A DNA stretch of 64,000 nt, from positions 3,755-67,754 of the forward strand of contig DATHOG010000003.1 in the NCBI GenBank assembly GCA_035485115.1, read 5' to 3'. Below are positions 19,261-26,715 of this stretch, piece by piece. How positions within the stretch are numbered: position 1 is the first letter of the stretch; the number at the start of each line of letters is the position of its first letter. A model generated the notes under the pieces. It ran no database searches. It saw nothing but the letters and a program-made list of their open reading frames with translations, and was not told the DNA's origin. This DNA is from Candidatus Sulfotelmatobacter sp. Its GTDB lineage: Bacteria; Verrucomicrobiota; Verrucomicrobiia; Limisphaerales; UBA11358. A program made the position numbers and the translations under genes.

Positions 19261-19740
19261 ATGCGTCTTTTTGTCATCGTCATTTTATGCGCGTTGCTGG
19301 CGGCGGGCGGGGTCTATTGGCTGCGCGGGCCAACGCATCCACCGATGGTCAACGCCGGGCTTTACGAAAACGACATGGTGGCAGGGCTGGTCCGAAGGCT
19401 TTTGACAAAATTGGCACCGCCGCTGCCATCGGTTTGTTTTTTGGCGTTCGGCGACGGCACCACGCCGCCCGACCCCAGGTTTATCGCCCGTTTCGCCGGC
19501 TGTAATCCGCCGGTGCGCAGCTGCGGTTCCGCAGCCATGCCGCCAATCAACCAATTTTTTGATACTCGAACCGGCAGGCGGGGACTGGTCATCCACATTG
19601 TCCGCTTCAAGGAAATCAAGCCCGGCATCTTCGAGGTGCAGGTCAGTTTCTCCAACCTGACGCCGGGGCATGACCAGTTCATATACCATGTGACGGAATT
19701 AAGCGGTGATTGGGTCGTCATGAGTTGCACCGCCGCTTAA
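19261..19740 (+). CDS. Hypothetical membrane-anchored protein
   Basis: N-terminal TM MRLFVIVILCALLAAGGVYWL. Tightly packed in the operon, 3 nt after the previous stop. No recognisable domain. Confidence 0.5.
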   Translation: MRLFVIVILCALLAAGGVYWLRGPTHPPMVNAGLYENDMVAGLVRRLLTKLAPPLPSVCFLAFGDGTTPPDPRFIARFAGCNPPVRSCGSAAMPPINQFFDTRTGRRGLVIHIVRFKEIKPGIFEVQVSFSNLTPGHDQFIYHVTELSGDWVVMSCTAA

Positions 19741-19761
19741 CCCGCCTGAGAATTTTGCGAA

Positions 19762-20502
19762 ATGACCTCCAACTGCTCCACCTCCCGTGAACCGGGCGAT
19801 ATCTTCGCCACGACGCATTGGACGGTCGTGCTGGCGGCGGGCAAAAGCAGTTCGCCCGATGCACAGCGCGCGCTCGAGGAACTTTGCCATACGTACTGGT
19901 TTCCGCTCTACGCCTACGTGCGCCGGCGCGGGCATGGCCGGGAGGACGCAGAGGATTTGACGCAGACTTTTTTTACGAAGCTGCTCGATAAAAATTCATT
20001 CGCCGGCCTCGACGGTGAAAAAGGGAAATTCCGCGCGTGGTTGCTGGCGGCGTTGAAACATTTCCTGGCGAACGAACGGGACAAGGCGCGGGCGCAAAAG
20101 CGCGGCGGCGGCGAGGCGCATCTATCGCTTGATTGGGAGACGGCGGACTCGAAGTTTCAAGTCGCGGACGATAAAGGCTCGAACCCGGAAAAAAATTTCG
20201 ACCGCGAATGGGCGCTGGCGCTGCTGGCCCGGGTCATCCAGCGGCTGCAAAAGGAATGCGAGGCGGAGGGCAGGGCGCGGCTGTTCGAGCAGTTGAAAAA
20301 TTTTCTTACGGCCGGGAAGGGCGATTCGGCATACGCGGAGATTGCCGGCGCGCTGGGGATGGAGGAGGGGGCGGTGCGCGTGGCCGTGCACCGGCTGCGG
20401 AAACGCTACCGGCAGTTGTTGCGGGACGAGATCACGAACACGTTGAGCGACGCGGCGATGGTGGATGAGGAGATGCGCGCGCTGTTCGGGGCGTTTGGCT
20501 AG
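19762..20502 (+). CDS. ECF-type RNA polymerase sigma-70 factor (PVC-type, kinase-associated)
   Basis: TTHWTVVLAAG...ALEELCHTYWFPLYAYVRRRG N-terminus is typical of planctomycete/verrucomicrobial ECF sigmas. The region 4 helix-turn-helix is YAEIAGALGMEEGAVRVAVHRLRKRY. Confidence 0.85.
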   Translation: MTSNCSTSREPGDIFATTHWTVVLAAGKSSSPDAQRALEELCHTYWFPLYAYVRRRGHGREDAEDLTQTFFTKLLDKNSFAGLDGEKGKFRAWLLAALKHFLANERDKARAQKRGGGEAHLSLDWETADSKFQVADDKGSNPEKNFDREWALALLARVIQRLQKECEAEGRARLFEQLKNFLTAGKGDSAYAEIAGALGMEEGAVRVAVHRLRKRYRQLLRDEITNTLSDAAMVDEEMRALFGAFG

Positions 20503-20512
20503 AAGATGGATA

Positions 20513-20639
20513 AGCTCCAAGCACCAAGAACCAAGCTCCAGAGAACATCCAAATTTCAATCACCAAAACCATCGCGCGTGCCGTTTGGAGCTTTTGGCTT
20601 GGGGTTTCTCTGGATGTTGGATGTTGGTGCTTGGTGCTT
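20513..20639. repeat. Imperfect inverted repeat of a CCAAGCACCAA...TCCAGAGAA unit (hairpin after the sigma-factor gene)
   Basis: Left arm is about 20513-20553. The right arm at about 20585-20639 is its approximate reverse complement, roughly three quarters identical by eye. Confidence 0.6.
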
Positions 20640-20746
20640 TATTTTCCTGGAATAGTGCGATGGTCCCGCATGCGGGACGGGTCTGCGGCACGGTTTTTCG
20701 GATAATTATGACAGCGTTGCGATTTTGTGAGAGGCGCGTGCTTCTA

Positions 20747-20936
20747 CTCGTGCCGGAGGCACAACCGGAAATTAGCCAGACACGTAAGTGTCTGGTATCG
20801 CGGAAAAGACAATCCGTCCTGAAAGGACGGTGGAAAGATGGAACATTTACCGGCGTCCCTTCAGGACGCAACTTTGTGGGTGCGGCCACCAGACACTACG
20901 TGTCTGGCTAATTTCCGTTGTCGCTCCGCGACCAAA
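20747..20936 (-). mobile_element. MITE-like palindromic element, copy A (inverted relative to copy B at 25861-26065)
   Basis: Terminal inverted repeats are GGAAATTAGCCAGACAC-NNNN-GTGTCTGG (20767-20795) and CCAGACAC-NNNN-GTGTCTGGCTAATTTCC (20889-20916). There are inner GTCCTGA..GGAC hairpins. The outer flanks match copy B in reverse orientation. Confidence 0.7.
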
Positions 20937-20994
20937 CACGGCGTGGCGCTTCGCTTCACACCATGGAATAAACGGACGCCGGTTTCACCAAGCT

Positions 20995-21201
20995 CTACAT
21001 CTTGGTCTTGATGCCGCAGGCGCGGGCGAGGCACCAGCCGGCAATGGCTTCAAAGATGGCGAACAGCCCGGCTACGACCAAGATCAACCCCCACAAGGTA
21101 ATGTCCCCGGCGACAATGATGCCCGCCACAAGGCACAGCCCGCCGATGACGCCACGGGCGATGCGTCCGTTCTTCTGGATGTTGCGGCGGAAGAAACTCA
21201 C
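20995..21201 (-). CDS. DUF2892 (YgaP C-terminal-like) small membrane protein
   Basis: At 68 aa, RIARGVIGGLCLVAGIIVAG...LVVAGLFAIFEAIAGWCLARACG is the typical two-TM DUF2892 pattern. Confidence 0.8.
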   Translation of the reverse strand: MSFFRRNIQKNGRIARGVIGGLCLVAGIIVAGDITLWGLILVVAGLFAIFEAIAGWCLARACGIKTKM

Positions 21202-21257
21202 GGCGGAAATCTAGCACGGAAATTTTCCGTGGCAAGAGCGCGGCGGCGCGTAGTGGG

Positions 21258-21408
21258 CCAATTTGGTAGGGACGGCGCGCTGCGCCGTCCGCGCCCGTAT
21301 CCCGGGCGCAATCCCGCATGCGGGATGGTAAGACCGCGTTTTGCCCATCCCTTCCGGCGGCTTTACCGCCGGGGACAGCGCAGCGCGCTGTCCCTACCAA
21401 CCAAATTG
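21258..21408. repeat. Palindromic element with ~33-bp terminal inverted repeats CAATTTGGTAGGGAC[GA]GCGCGCTGCGC[CT]GTCC
   Basis: 21258-21290 and 21373-21408 are reverse complements; each arm is itself a hairpin. The interior has an ATCCCGCATGCGGGAT palindrome. Confidence 0.65.
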
Positions 21409-21473
21409 ACCCGCTACCAACATTGGTGGATTTCCTTTACGAAGTGAGGCGGCGACGCGAGAATGGACGCGTG

Positions 21474-21875
21474 ATGAGACGCGCGCTGCAACGATTTGCC
21501 CTGGCCTGCCTGCCGATGATGTTCGCCTTTTCCCTTTTCGCCACCACCAATTCACCCGCGCCGGCCGACACAAACTTTATGGACCCTTCCATCACCGATG
21601 ACGGCGCGTCGACCAAAATGTTGAACGATGTGTTAAAAAAGAACGGCGTTAGCACGGAGAGCATGCTGGACGAACATTTTTTGTTTGCCTCGGTGATCTG
21701 GGGCGGAGTGGCGGGCGGCTATCTGTTTTTCGCGCGCAAGCAGCGGGAAGTCACGCCGTTCATCGGCGGGGTGGCAATGATGGCGGCGTCGTTCCTGATC
21801 ACGTCGTGGTTTTGGATGACGCTCGCATCCATCGGCATCATGGTGGGGGTCTACTGGCAGATGAAACGAGAGTAG
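21474..21875 (+). CDS. Hypothetical secreted/membrane protein
   Basis: Start at ATG 21474 gives the signal-like MRRALQRFALACLPMMFAFSLFA. There are 3 predicted TM segments in the C-terminal half. The upstream part of the 185-aa ORF overlaps the repeat element. Confidence 0.5.
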   Translation: MRRALQRFALACLPMMFAFSLFATTNSPAPADTNFMDPSITDDGASTKMLNDVLKKNGVSTESMLDEHFLFASVIWGGVAGGYLFFARKQREVTPFIGGVAMMAASFLITSWFWMTLASIGIMVGVYWQMKRE

Positions 21876-22182
21876 AGTTGTTAAAATAAATTGCAGCCGT
21901 GATGGTTATCACGCCATCTCCCTCCCCATGGACCCAAAGATGGTGTGACGCTCGCCCTCATCCCGGCCTTCTCCCCCAGGGAGAAGGGGAAACGTTCGCA
22001 GCGTCTTGGCGAATTGGAGATGGTCGGCAGTGCGAACGATATTTTCGGCGGGACGCCGAAAATCACTCGCGGGACGCGGGTGCTACATCTGGAAAATGGG
22101 AGATTTCCGGCTCGCGGTAACGGTGGGGAACTCGAACGTGCCGGGTGGTTCAGGGGTTCAAAGCGCGAATGTTTCGGGGAAT

Positions 22183-22339
22183 TCTCACCCTGACCCTCTC
22201 CCGCTGGGAGAGGGAACTACCATGTTTGGTTTTTCTCTCTTTGAGTACGGTGTCCTCCAATCCAGCCGCAGGTTTTCGTATGAAGCTGGGAGCGTTTCTC
22301 CCTCGCCCAGCGGGAGAGGGCCGGGGTGAGGGAGAAAAT
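22183..22339 (+). repeat. ~155-bp interspersed repeat (CCCTCTCCCGCTGGGAGAGGG-bounded), plus-orientation copy
   Basis: Near-identical to the reverse complement of 63823-63976. A diverged partial copy lies at about 21915-22010. Both ends carry the palindrome CTCTCCCGCTGGGAGAG. Confidence 0.75.
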
Positions 22340-22384
22340 TGACGGGAAAGAACGACTATAAGTTTTTTAAACCGCTATAAAACT

Positions 22385-22921
22385 TCAAAACGACCAGTTC
22401 AGGATGGGAAAGCCGGTCGCGAGCTTGTTCGGGAATTCCTGGAACCAGGGGTTGTTCATCGCCACGTTGATGAAACCAAGCTGCACCCCGTGCAGTTCGG
22501 TCGCGTAATTGATCACGCCCGCCTGCAACCCGGAAAAATCCCCCGCGTAGTTCACGTAGCCATATTGCAGGCCGGTGCCTTTCTGCAGGATGACGTTGAC
22601 GTCGCCGTCCTGGATGCCGGTGAAGGTGTTCGCGCAATAATTCACCGCGCCCCATTGGAGGCCCGTATAATTTTCCGAGTAGTTCACGATGCCGAGGCTC
22701 ACACCGTAGCTGTCACCGGTGTTGCCGTTCACGAAGCCGAGTTCGAGGCTGGACTGGGGGTTTTCGTTCCAGATGCCGAAGGAGAGGCCGTTCACCTGGG
22801 TGGTGCGCGGGAACAGGGCAATGTCCGGCACGAGCGAAAGTTGAATCGGCGTGCTATCTGCCGCCGCGCCGGTGAAGGCCGCGAGGGTCCCGCCCAAAGC
22901 TAAAAGAGATATTTTTGTCAT
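22385..22921 (-). CDS. Secreted repeat protein with about 7-8 copies of a G[LV]Q.G.[VI]N[YV] unit
   Basis: Signal peptide MTKISLLALGGTLAAFTGAAA. Periodic units GLQWGAVNY, GIQDGDVNV, GLQYGYVNY, GLQAGVINY and GVQLGFINV. Confidence 0.7.
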   Translation of the reverse strand: MTKISLLALGGTLAAFTGAAADSTPIQLSLVPDIALFPRTTQVNGLSFGIWNENPQSSLELGFVNGNTGDSYGVSLGIVNYSENYTGLQWGAVNYCANTFTGIQDGDVNVILQKGTGLQYGYVNYAGDFSGLQAGVINYATELHGVQLGFINVAMNNPWFQEFPNKLATGFPILNWSF

Positions 22922-23020
22922 ACGGCGGGAATGTGACCCTTATTTTTGCGTCCGTCAAAATTTTTTATACAGGGCACGAAATGGAGCAGGGGGGTGCCGG
23001 CTCCGGCGCGGTGTCAGGCG

Positions 23021-23335
23021 CTATAGGATGTATGTGAAGCCAGACGCCAGGGCATAGAGCAAAACACCCAGTATCAGACCGGCACCCGGCAGCCACACCA
23101 AACGCCAGCACCTGAAGCTGATGTCTCCGAAAAGAGCGAGCACGCCGATGATGCCAGCGACTAAAAACGCACCATGCCAGGTCGAGGTCACTGCGCCGGC
23201 TCTGAATTCTGAAATCCACGAAATCCAGGGATACGGAGCGGAATAGGCTGCGTAACAGAGGCAGAAGGCCAAGCCAGGGACGACCAAGCTCAACCAAGAT
23301 AAGAATGTCAGGAATCCAGCTTTTGAACTTTTCAT
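23021..23335 (-). CDS. Cassette ORF: small 3-TM membrane protein, unknown function
   Basis: 104 aa, hydrophobic. The ATG lies 3 nt after GTTAAGC (23345-23339, minus strand). Confidence 0.55.
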   Translation of the reverse strand: MKSSKAGFLTFLSWLSLVVPGLAFCLCYAAYSAPYPWISWISEFRAGAVTSTWHGAFLVAGIIGVLALFGDISFRCWRLVWLPGAGLILGVLLYALASGFTYIL

Positions 23336-23338
23336 AGT

Positions 23339-23442
23339 GCTTAACGATTCAACCCCGCGACTGTGCCGATAGGTCGGGACCGACTCGCGGCGTGGATTGC
23401 CACCGCAGCAACTGCGGCGGTTAGATGCTCGGCGACTTAGGC
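23339..23442 (-). repeat. attC-like site (104 bp)
   Basis: On the minus strand, GCCTAAG (23442-23436, contains the TAA stop of the upstream ORF) ... GTTAAGC (23345-23339). It shares the block CGCGGCGTGGATTGC...GGCGGTT...CTCGGCGACTT with 27087-27183. Confidence 0.5.
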
Positions 23443-23730
23443 CGCAGAGTCATCTGGTTTTTTAAAAATCTCCCTCAATGCCCAGACAAATATGACCATG
23501 CCGAATAGTAAAATCATGACTGCGCTGCCTCTATGCGAAATATAATCAATGTCGAACCAGGCAGCAGGATAATCAATGCGTATCGCATCTGAATCACTAC
23601 TCGGAACCACATCGAATACGGTCTCCGTAGTCCGCTGCGATACGAACCAAATACGAGCACCCAAATCGGCCAGCAAGACACCCATAAAAGCCAGCACTGT
23701 CATCAATATGATTTTGAATGAGCGCAACAT
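23437..23730 (-). CDS. Cassette ORF: small 2-TM membrane protein, unknown function
   Basis: 97 aa. The ATG lies 4 nt after GTTAGGC (23741-23735, minus strand), and the stop is inside the attC-like box. Confidence 0.55.
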   Translation of the reverse strand: MLRSFKIILMTVLAFMGVLLADLGARIWFVSQRTTETVFDVVPSSDSDAIRIDYPAAWFDIDYISHRGSAVMILLFGMVIFVWALREIFKKPDDSAA

Positions 23731-23788
23731 AGCCGCCTAACAGTATTATCATGCCGCACGGCGCGGCGCGAATTTTTTCATGAATTTG

Positions 23789-23817
23789 ACTCTATTTCCG
23801 TCTTTCCATTTTGTCCA
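23789..23817 (-). promoter_or_regulatory. Conserved promoter-like module TGGACA-N17-TAGAGT, copy 1
   Basis: On the minus strand, TGGACA (23817-23812), a 17-nt spacer, then TAGAGT (23794-23789), about 59 nt upstream of the ATG at 23730. It is nearly identical to 27556-27584. Confidence 0.35.
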
Positions 23818-23862
23818 GACCTATTTGGGTCGGTGGCGGTGTGGAACATGAAATCGGGGAAA

Positions 23863-24027
23863 AACCGCAGGCGGTTTTCATTGGCGCGGTCAGGAAGATT
23901 GGAGACAGGCAAGATGCCTGTCCTACGGCGGTCAGGTCTTTCGTTGCTCCAGGACGTTTATATGCCGCCCCTGAACGGGGGTCCGAGCCGGGCGGGCGTT
24001 TCAGATGGCGCGGACTAATGTCCGCGG
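23863..24027. repeat. Interspersed repeat (ACAGGCAAGATGCCTGT hairpin family), copy 1
   Basis: Aligns over most of its length with 25655-25851 (TTTTCATTGGCGCGGTCAGGAAGATTGGAGACAGGCAAGATGCCTGT...CTCCAGGACGTTTATATGCCGC...GGCGCGGACT[AC]ATGTCCGC). Confidence 0.75.
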
Positions 24028-24067
24028 CTACTGGATGAAATAGCCGGTGACTGGTCAGACGGAATGG

Positions 24068-24667
24068 TTATTTTTTAATATTTCGACGGGCTTGGGCCAG
24101 CGCTTGTGTGACGGTGTCTTCCTCGACTGCAATATAACGCAGGTCGGCTTCTTTCTCCCGCTTGACCTCGCTGGCGGCGTCTGAGGTGAAATATTCCATT
24201 CCGTCCGGCGACCAATAATGGCAGCTTCTGAGTGTTCCATGGTCATACAATCGCACGGTTCTTTTTGTCCCTGAAGGATAGTAAGCCGTAACCGTCCCGT
24301 CATAAACGCCGTCGAGAAAAGTGCCCTCGGTATTCAGGCGGCCACTCGCGAACGGGTAAGCTAGCGGACCATACCACATCTGAACCGGCCCGTTCCGCAC
24401 TCCATCCCGATATGACCATCTCAAGAGCGGGAGCCGGGCTCCCTGGGAACTATAAGATGTCCAAGTGCCATCCATTTTACCGGCGACGAGCGTCCCATCG
24501 AGCATCAACCGGCCCAATTCATCGTAAATTTTGCAAGGGCCGCTGGGCGAAGACTCTGAAGAGGCCAGTTCGATCGTCCAGTTGCTGGCGTTATTCAAGA
24601 CCGGGACGGTCATGCAACCGGCAAGCGCCAGGGCAAGAAGAACAAGAGCGAGGTTCAGGGCTTTCAT
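24068..24667 (-). CDS. Lipoprotein with MORN-variant / YwqK-type repeats
   Basis: Lipobox LALAGC. Repeats include GKMDGTWTSY, RDGVRNGPVQMWY and DGVYDGTVTAYYPSG. Confidence 0.65.
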   Translation of the reverse strand: MKALNLALVLLALALAGCMTVPVLNNASNWTIELASSESSPSGPCKIYDELGRLMLDGTLVAGKMDGTWTSYSSQGARLPLLRWSYRDGVRNGPVQMWYGPLAYPFASGRLNTEGTFLDGVYDGTVTAYYPSGTKRTVRLYDHGTLRSCHYWSPDGMEYFTSDAASEVKREKEADLRYIAVEEDTVTQALAQARRNIKK

Positions 24668-24710
24668 AAATGGTCGAAGGCGATGCCGCCGAACGATTGA
24701 TGTTCAATTC

Positions 24711-25349
24711 TCATGGTTTCGTCAAAACTGGATGGGCGGCCGGTGTTGGCTTAAGCGCGGTGTTAGTCTGCTGGTCAAACTGGAAGCCATCGAGAAAAAC
24801 CTGAAGGTCATGCTCGGCACTGGACACAGTGTTCGTAAACTCTTGGGGATCCGCCGACACAATTTCGATGCTACGAACAATCCAATAGTAATTTGTCCCG
24901 CGGCGTGTGACACAGTTTGCGGCGAGAATTTTGGATGGAATATAACCTGTCTGGAACCAGGCGACAGAACCCTGCCAAACGTTGGTATGTTGTGATAAAA
25001 CACGGTAGTCGCGAACGAAGTTGTTGCGCGTGTGTTGTGCGACATGAATCTCCCATGCGGCTTGGAGCGTAGACGCCGGAGCAGGTAAAACAAATGGATA
25101 GACGTTATAGTCGGCACCGGGCCAGTCGCCGATCACACTGAGAGATAAATTCCCGTGCGAGCGGGTTAAAAATAAATCGGTCTCTGGAACCTGGACGGAA
25201 AATCCATCGCCGTGAATCCTGGTGCCCCATTGGACTGTCTTTGCATCCTCGATGCTCAAGCGGATTGATTCACTCACAAGACTGCAACCTGACCACGGAA
25301 TCAACAACGCGACGAACAAAACTGAGCGAATATAGCTAATGTTTTTCAT
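24711..25349 (-). CDS. Cassette ORF: lipoprotein of unknown function
   Basis: Start at ATG 25349 gives MKNISYIRSVLFVALLIPWSGC (lipobox). GTTAGGC (25371-25365, minus strand) lies 15 nt upstream. Confidence 0.55.
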   Translation of the reverse strand: MKNISYIRSVLFVALLIPWSGCSLVSESIRLSIEDAKTVQWGTRIHGDGFSVQVPETDLFLTRSHGNLSLSVIGDWPGADYNVYPFVLPAPASTLQAAWEIHVAQHTRNNFVRDYRVLSQHTNVWQGSVAWFQTGYIPSKILAANCVTRRGTNYYWIVRSIEIVSADPQEFTNTVSSAEHDLQVFLDGFQFDQQTNTALKPTPAAHPVLTKP

Positions 25350-25364
25350 GGTGACGCGATCGTG

Positions 25365-25460
25365 GCCTAACGGGAAAAAAAGCCAACGCTGATCCGTCTT
25401 CGCCAAGGCTACGGCGTGGCAAGCGGATGGGTGGCTCCGCGAACTCGATAATCGTTATAG
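25365..25460 (-). repeat. attC-like site (96 bp, degenerate inverse core)
   Basis: GTTAGGC end at 25371-25365. It shares ACGGCGTGGC and GGTGGCTCCGCGAACTCGATA with the 27087-27183 site. The far end reads CTATAAC instead of RYYYAAC. Confidence 0.4.
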
Positions 25461-25654
25461 AACTTAAACTGTCCATAAACTAAAGGGGCAGACCATCGCT
25501 TGAATGCCCGTCACATTTTGAATGATTTGGCGTGTCGTCTTCATACCCGTTACTTTAACGCGCTATCTACCAACACCGGTAATTGAAATTATATGTCGCC
25601 CGATTGAAATTTTCGATATCCGCCGCCTAATGAAGAAATGCCGCGACTGCGGGA

Positions 25655-25851
25655 ACCGCAGCCGGTTTTCATTGGCGCGGTCAGGAAGATTGGAGACAGG
25701 CAAGATGCCTGTTCTACGGCTGCCATCTCTTTCGTCGCTCCAGGACGTTTATATGCCGCTCCTGAACGGGGCTTGAACTGATTTCTGGTCGGTATCTATA
25801 AATATTTCGCGCCTACGGCGCTTTTTCAAATGGCGCGGACTCATGTCCGCC
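25655..25851. repeat. Interspersed repeat (ACAGGCAAGATGCCTGT hairpin family), copy 2
   Basis: See 23863-24027. Confidence 0.75.
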
Positions 25852-25860
25852 GAATTTCCT

Positions 25861-26065
25861 TTTGGTCGCGGAGCGACATTGGAAATTAGCCAGACACGTT
25901 GTGTCTGGGTTTGATTCGCAAATGTGATTCGTCCTGACGGGACGATGGAAATGTGTGTTGGAATTGGGGTTGAATGTTTCCGCCGTCCCGTCAGGACGGA
26001 TTTTCATTGGCCGCGTACCAGACACTGCGTGTCTGGCTAATTTCCGGTTGTGCCTCCAGCACGAG
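25861..26065 (+). mobile_element. MITE-like palindromic element, copy B
   Basis: Terminal inverted repeats at 25881-25908 and 26018-26047 are the same as in copy A. The outer flanks TTTGGTCGCGGAGCGACA and GGTTGTGCCTCCAGCACGAG match the copy A flanks in reverse complement. Confidence 0.7.
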
Positions 26066-26227
26066 CAAGGCGACACGCCGTCCCTCCCGCCGAGGATTTC
26101 GTTTGCACAAAATGGAGCCTCCTTACGTCGGCTGCTACAGCTAAAAAAGTTCGCCGGTTGGCAGCGCAGTCCAAAGTGTTGTAGTCCACGAAATGTAAAT
26201 TTTAACAGGCCATTTGCTCATCTCAAA

Positions 26228-26629
26228 TCAAGATGTCAGACGATGCGCAATTTTTTGAACGGTCGAACCTATTTCCACGAAAATGAAAAGCAGCACGGTG
26301 CCGGTCGCATACATCCTCCAACTGACAAATCGCTTAACCGGACCAAGCCCTAACACAACATATCGCCAAACCATTGATCCGATCCCGCGCAATTGAAAAG
26401 TGATGGCCAGGACCAAAATATCAAAAAATGACGAGTCGCCGAGGATGCCCAAGGCGTAAAACTCCGGGGTGATGACAATGAAGATCGCCACCACCAGCGC
26501 CACCAAACCAATCAATAACTGCCACGTGGTGAAGCGATGAATCCAGGCGGGCCGGTATTTGTCCGGCAAAATGCCCAGTGCGAAGGCAAAGAGAGCCAGT
26601 CCGAAGAGGATGTCGGGTGATATGGGCAT
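26228..26629 (-). CDS. Cassette ORF: 4-TM membrane protein, unknown function
   Basis: 133 aa. The ATG lies 1 nt after GTTAGGC (26637-26631, minus strand). Confidence 0.55.
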   Translation of the reverse strand: MPISPDILFGLALFAFALGILPDKYRPAWIHRFTTWQLLIGLVALVVAIFIVITPEFYALGILGDSSFFDILVLAITFQLRGIGSMVWRYVVLGLGPVKRFVSWRMYATGTVLLFIFVEIGSTVQKIAHRLTS

Positions 26630-26630
26630 G

Positions 26631-26715
26631 GCCTAACGGTCAAAAGCTGGGCGAAGCCGGTGAAATTGTCAATCGCGACGAGAGCGGCGTTAGCTTTGGT
26701 GACGATTGGTTAGGG
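26631..26715 (-). repeat. attC-like site (85 bp, sequence-distinct from the others)
   Basis: On the minus strand, CCCTAAC (26715-26709, includes the TAA stop of the upstream ORF) ... GTTAGGC (26637-26631). Internal complementary arms lie around AAAGCT / AGCTTT. Confidence 0.5.

Noticed and set aside
21899-22342. Cluster of 60-110-aa ORFs (also 63781-63987, 23811-24038, 25522-25776 and 25813-26076)
   Set aside because: They are translations of interspersed repeats (GEG/SPLPLGEGT-type and MPVLR-type peptides). The copies differ by indels that break the frames.
22965-23297. 110-aa alternative ORF overlapping the 23021-23335 cassette ORF
   Set aside because: The frame is Arg/Ser-rich and non-hydrophobic. 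The 104-aa frame starts right after the GTTAAGC core box and encodes coherent TM helices.
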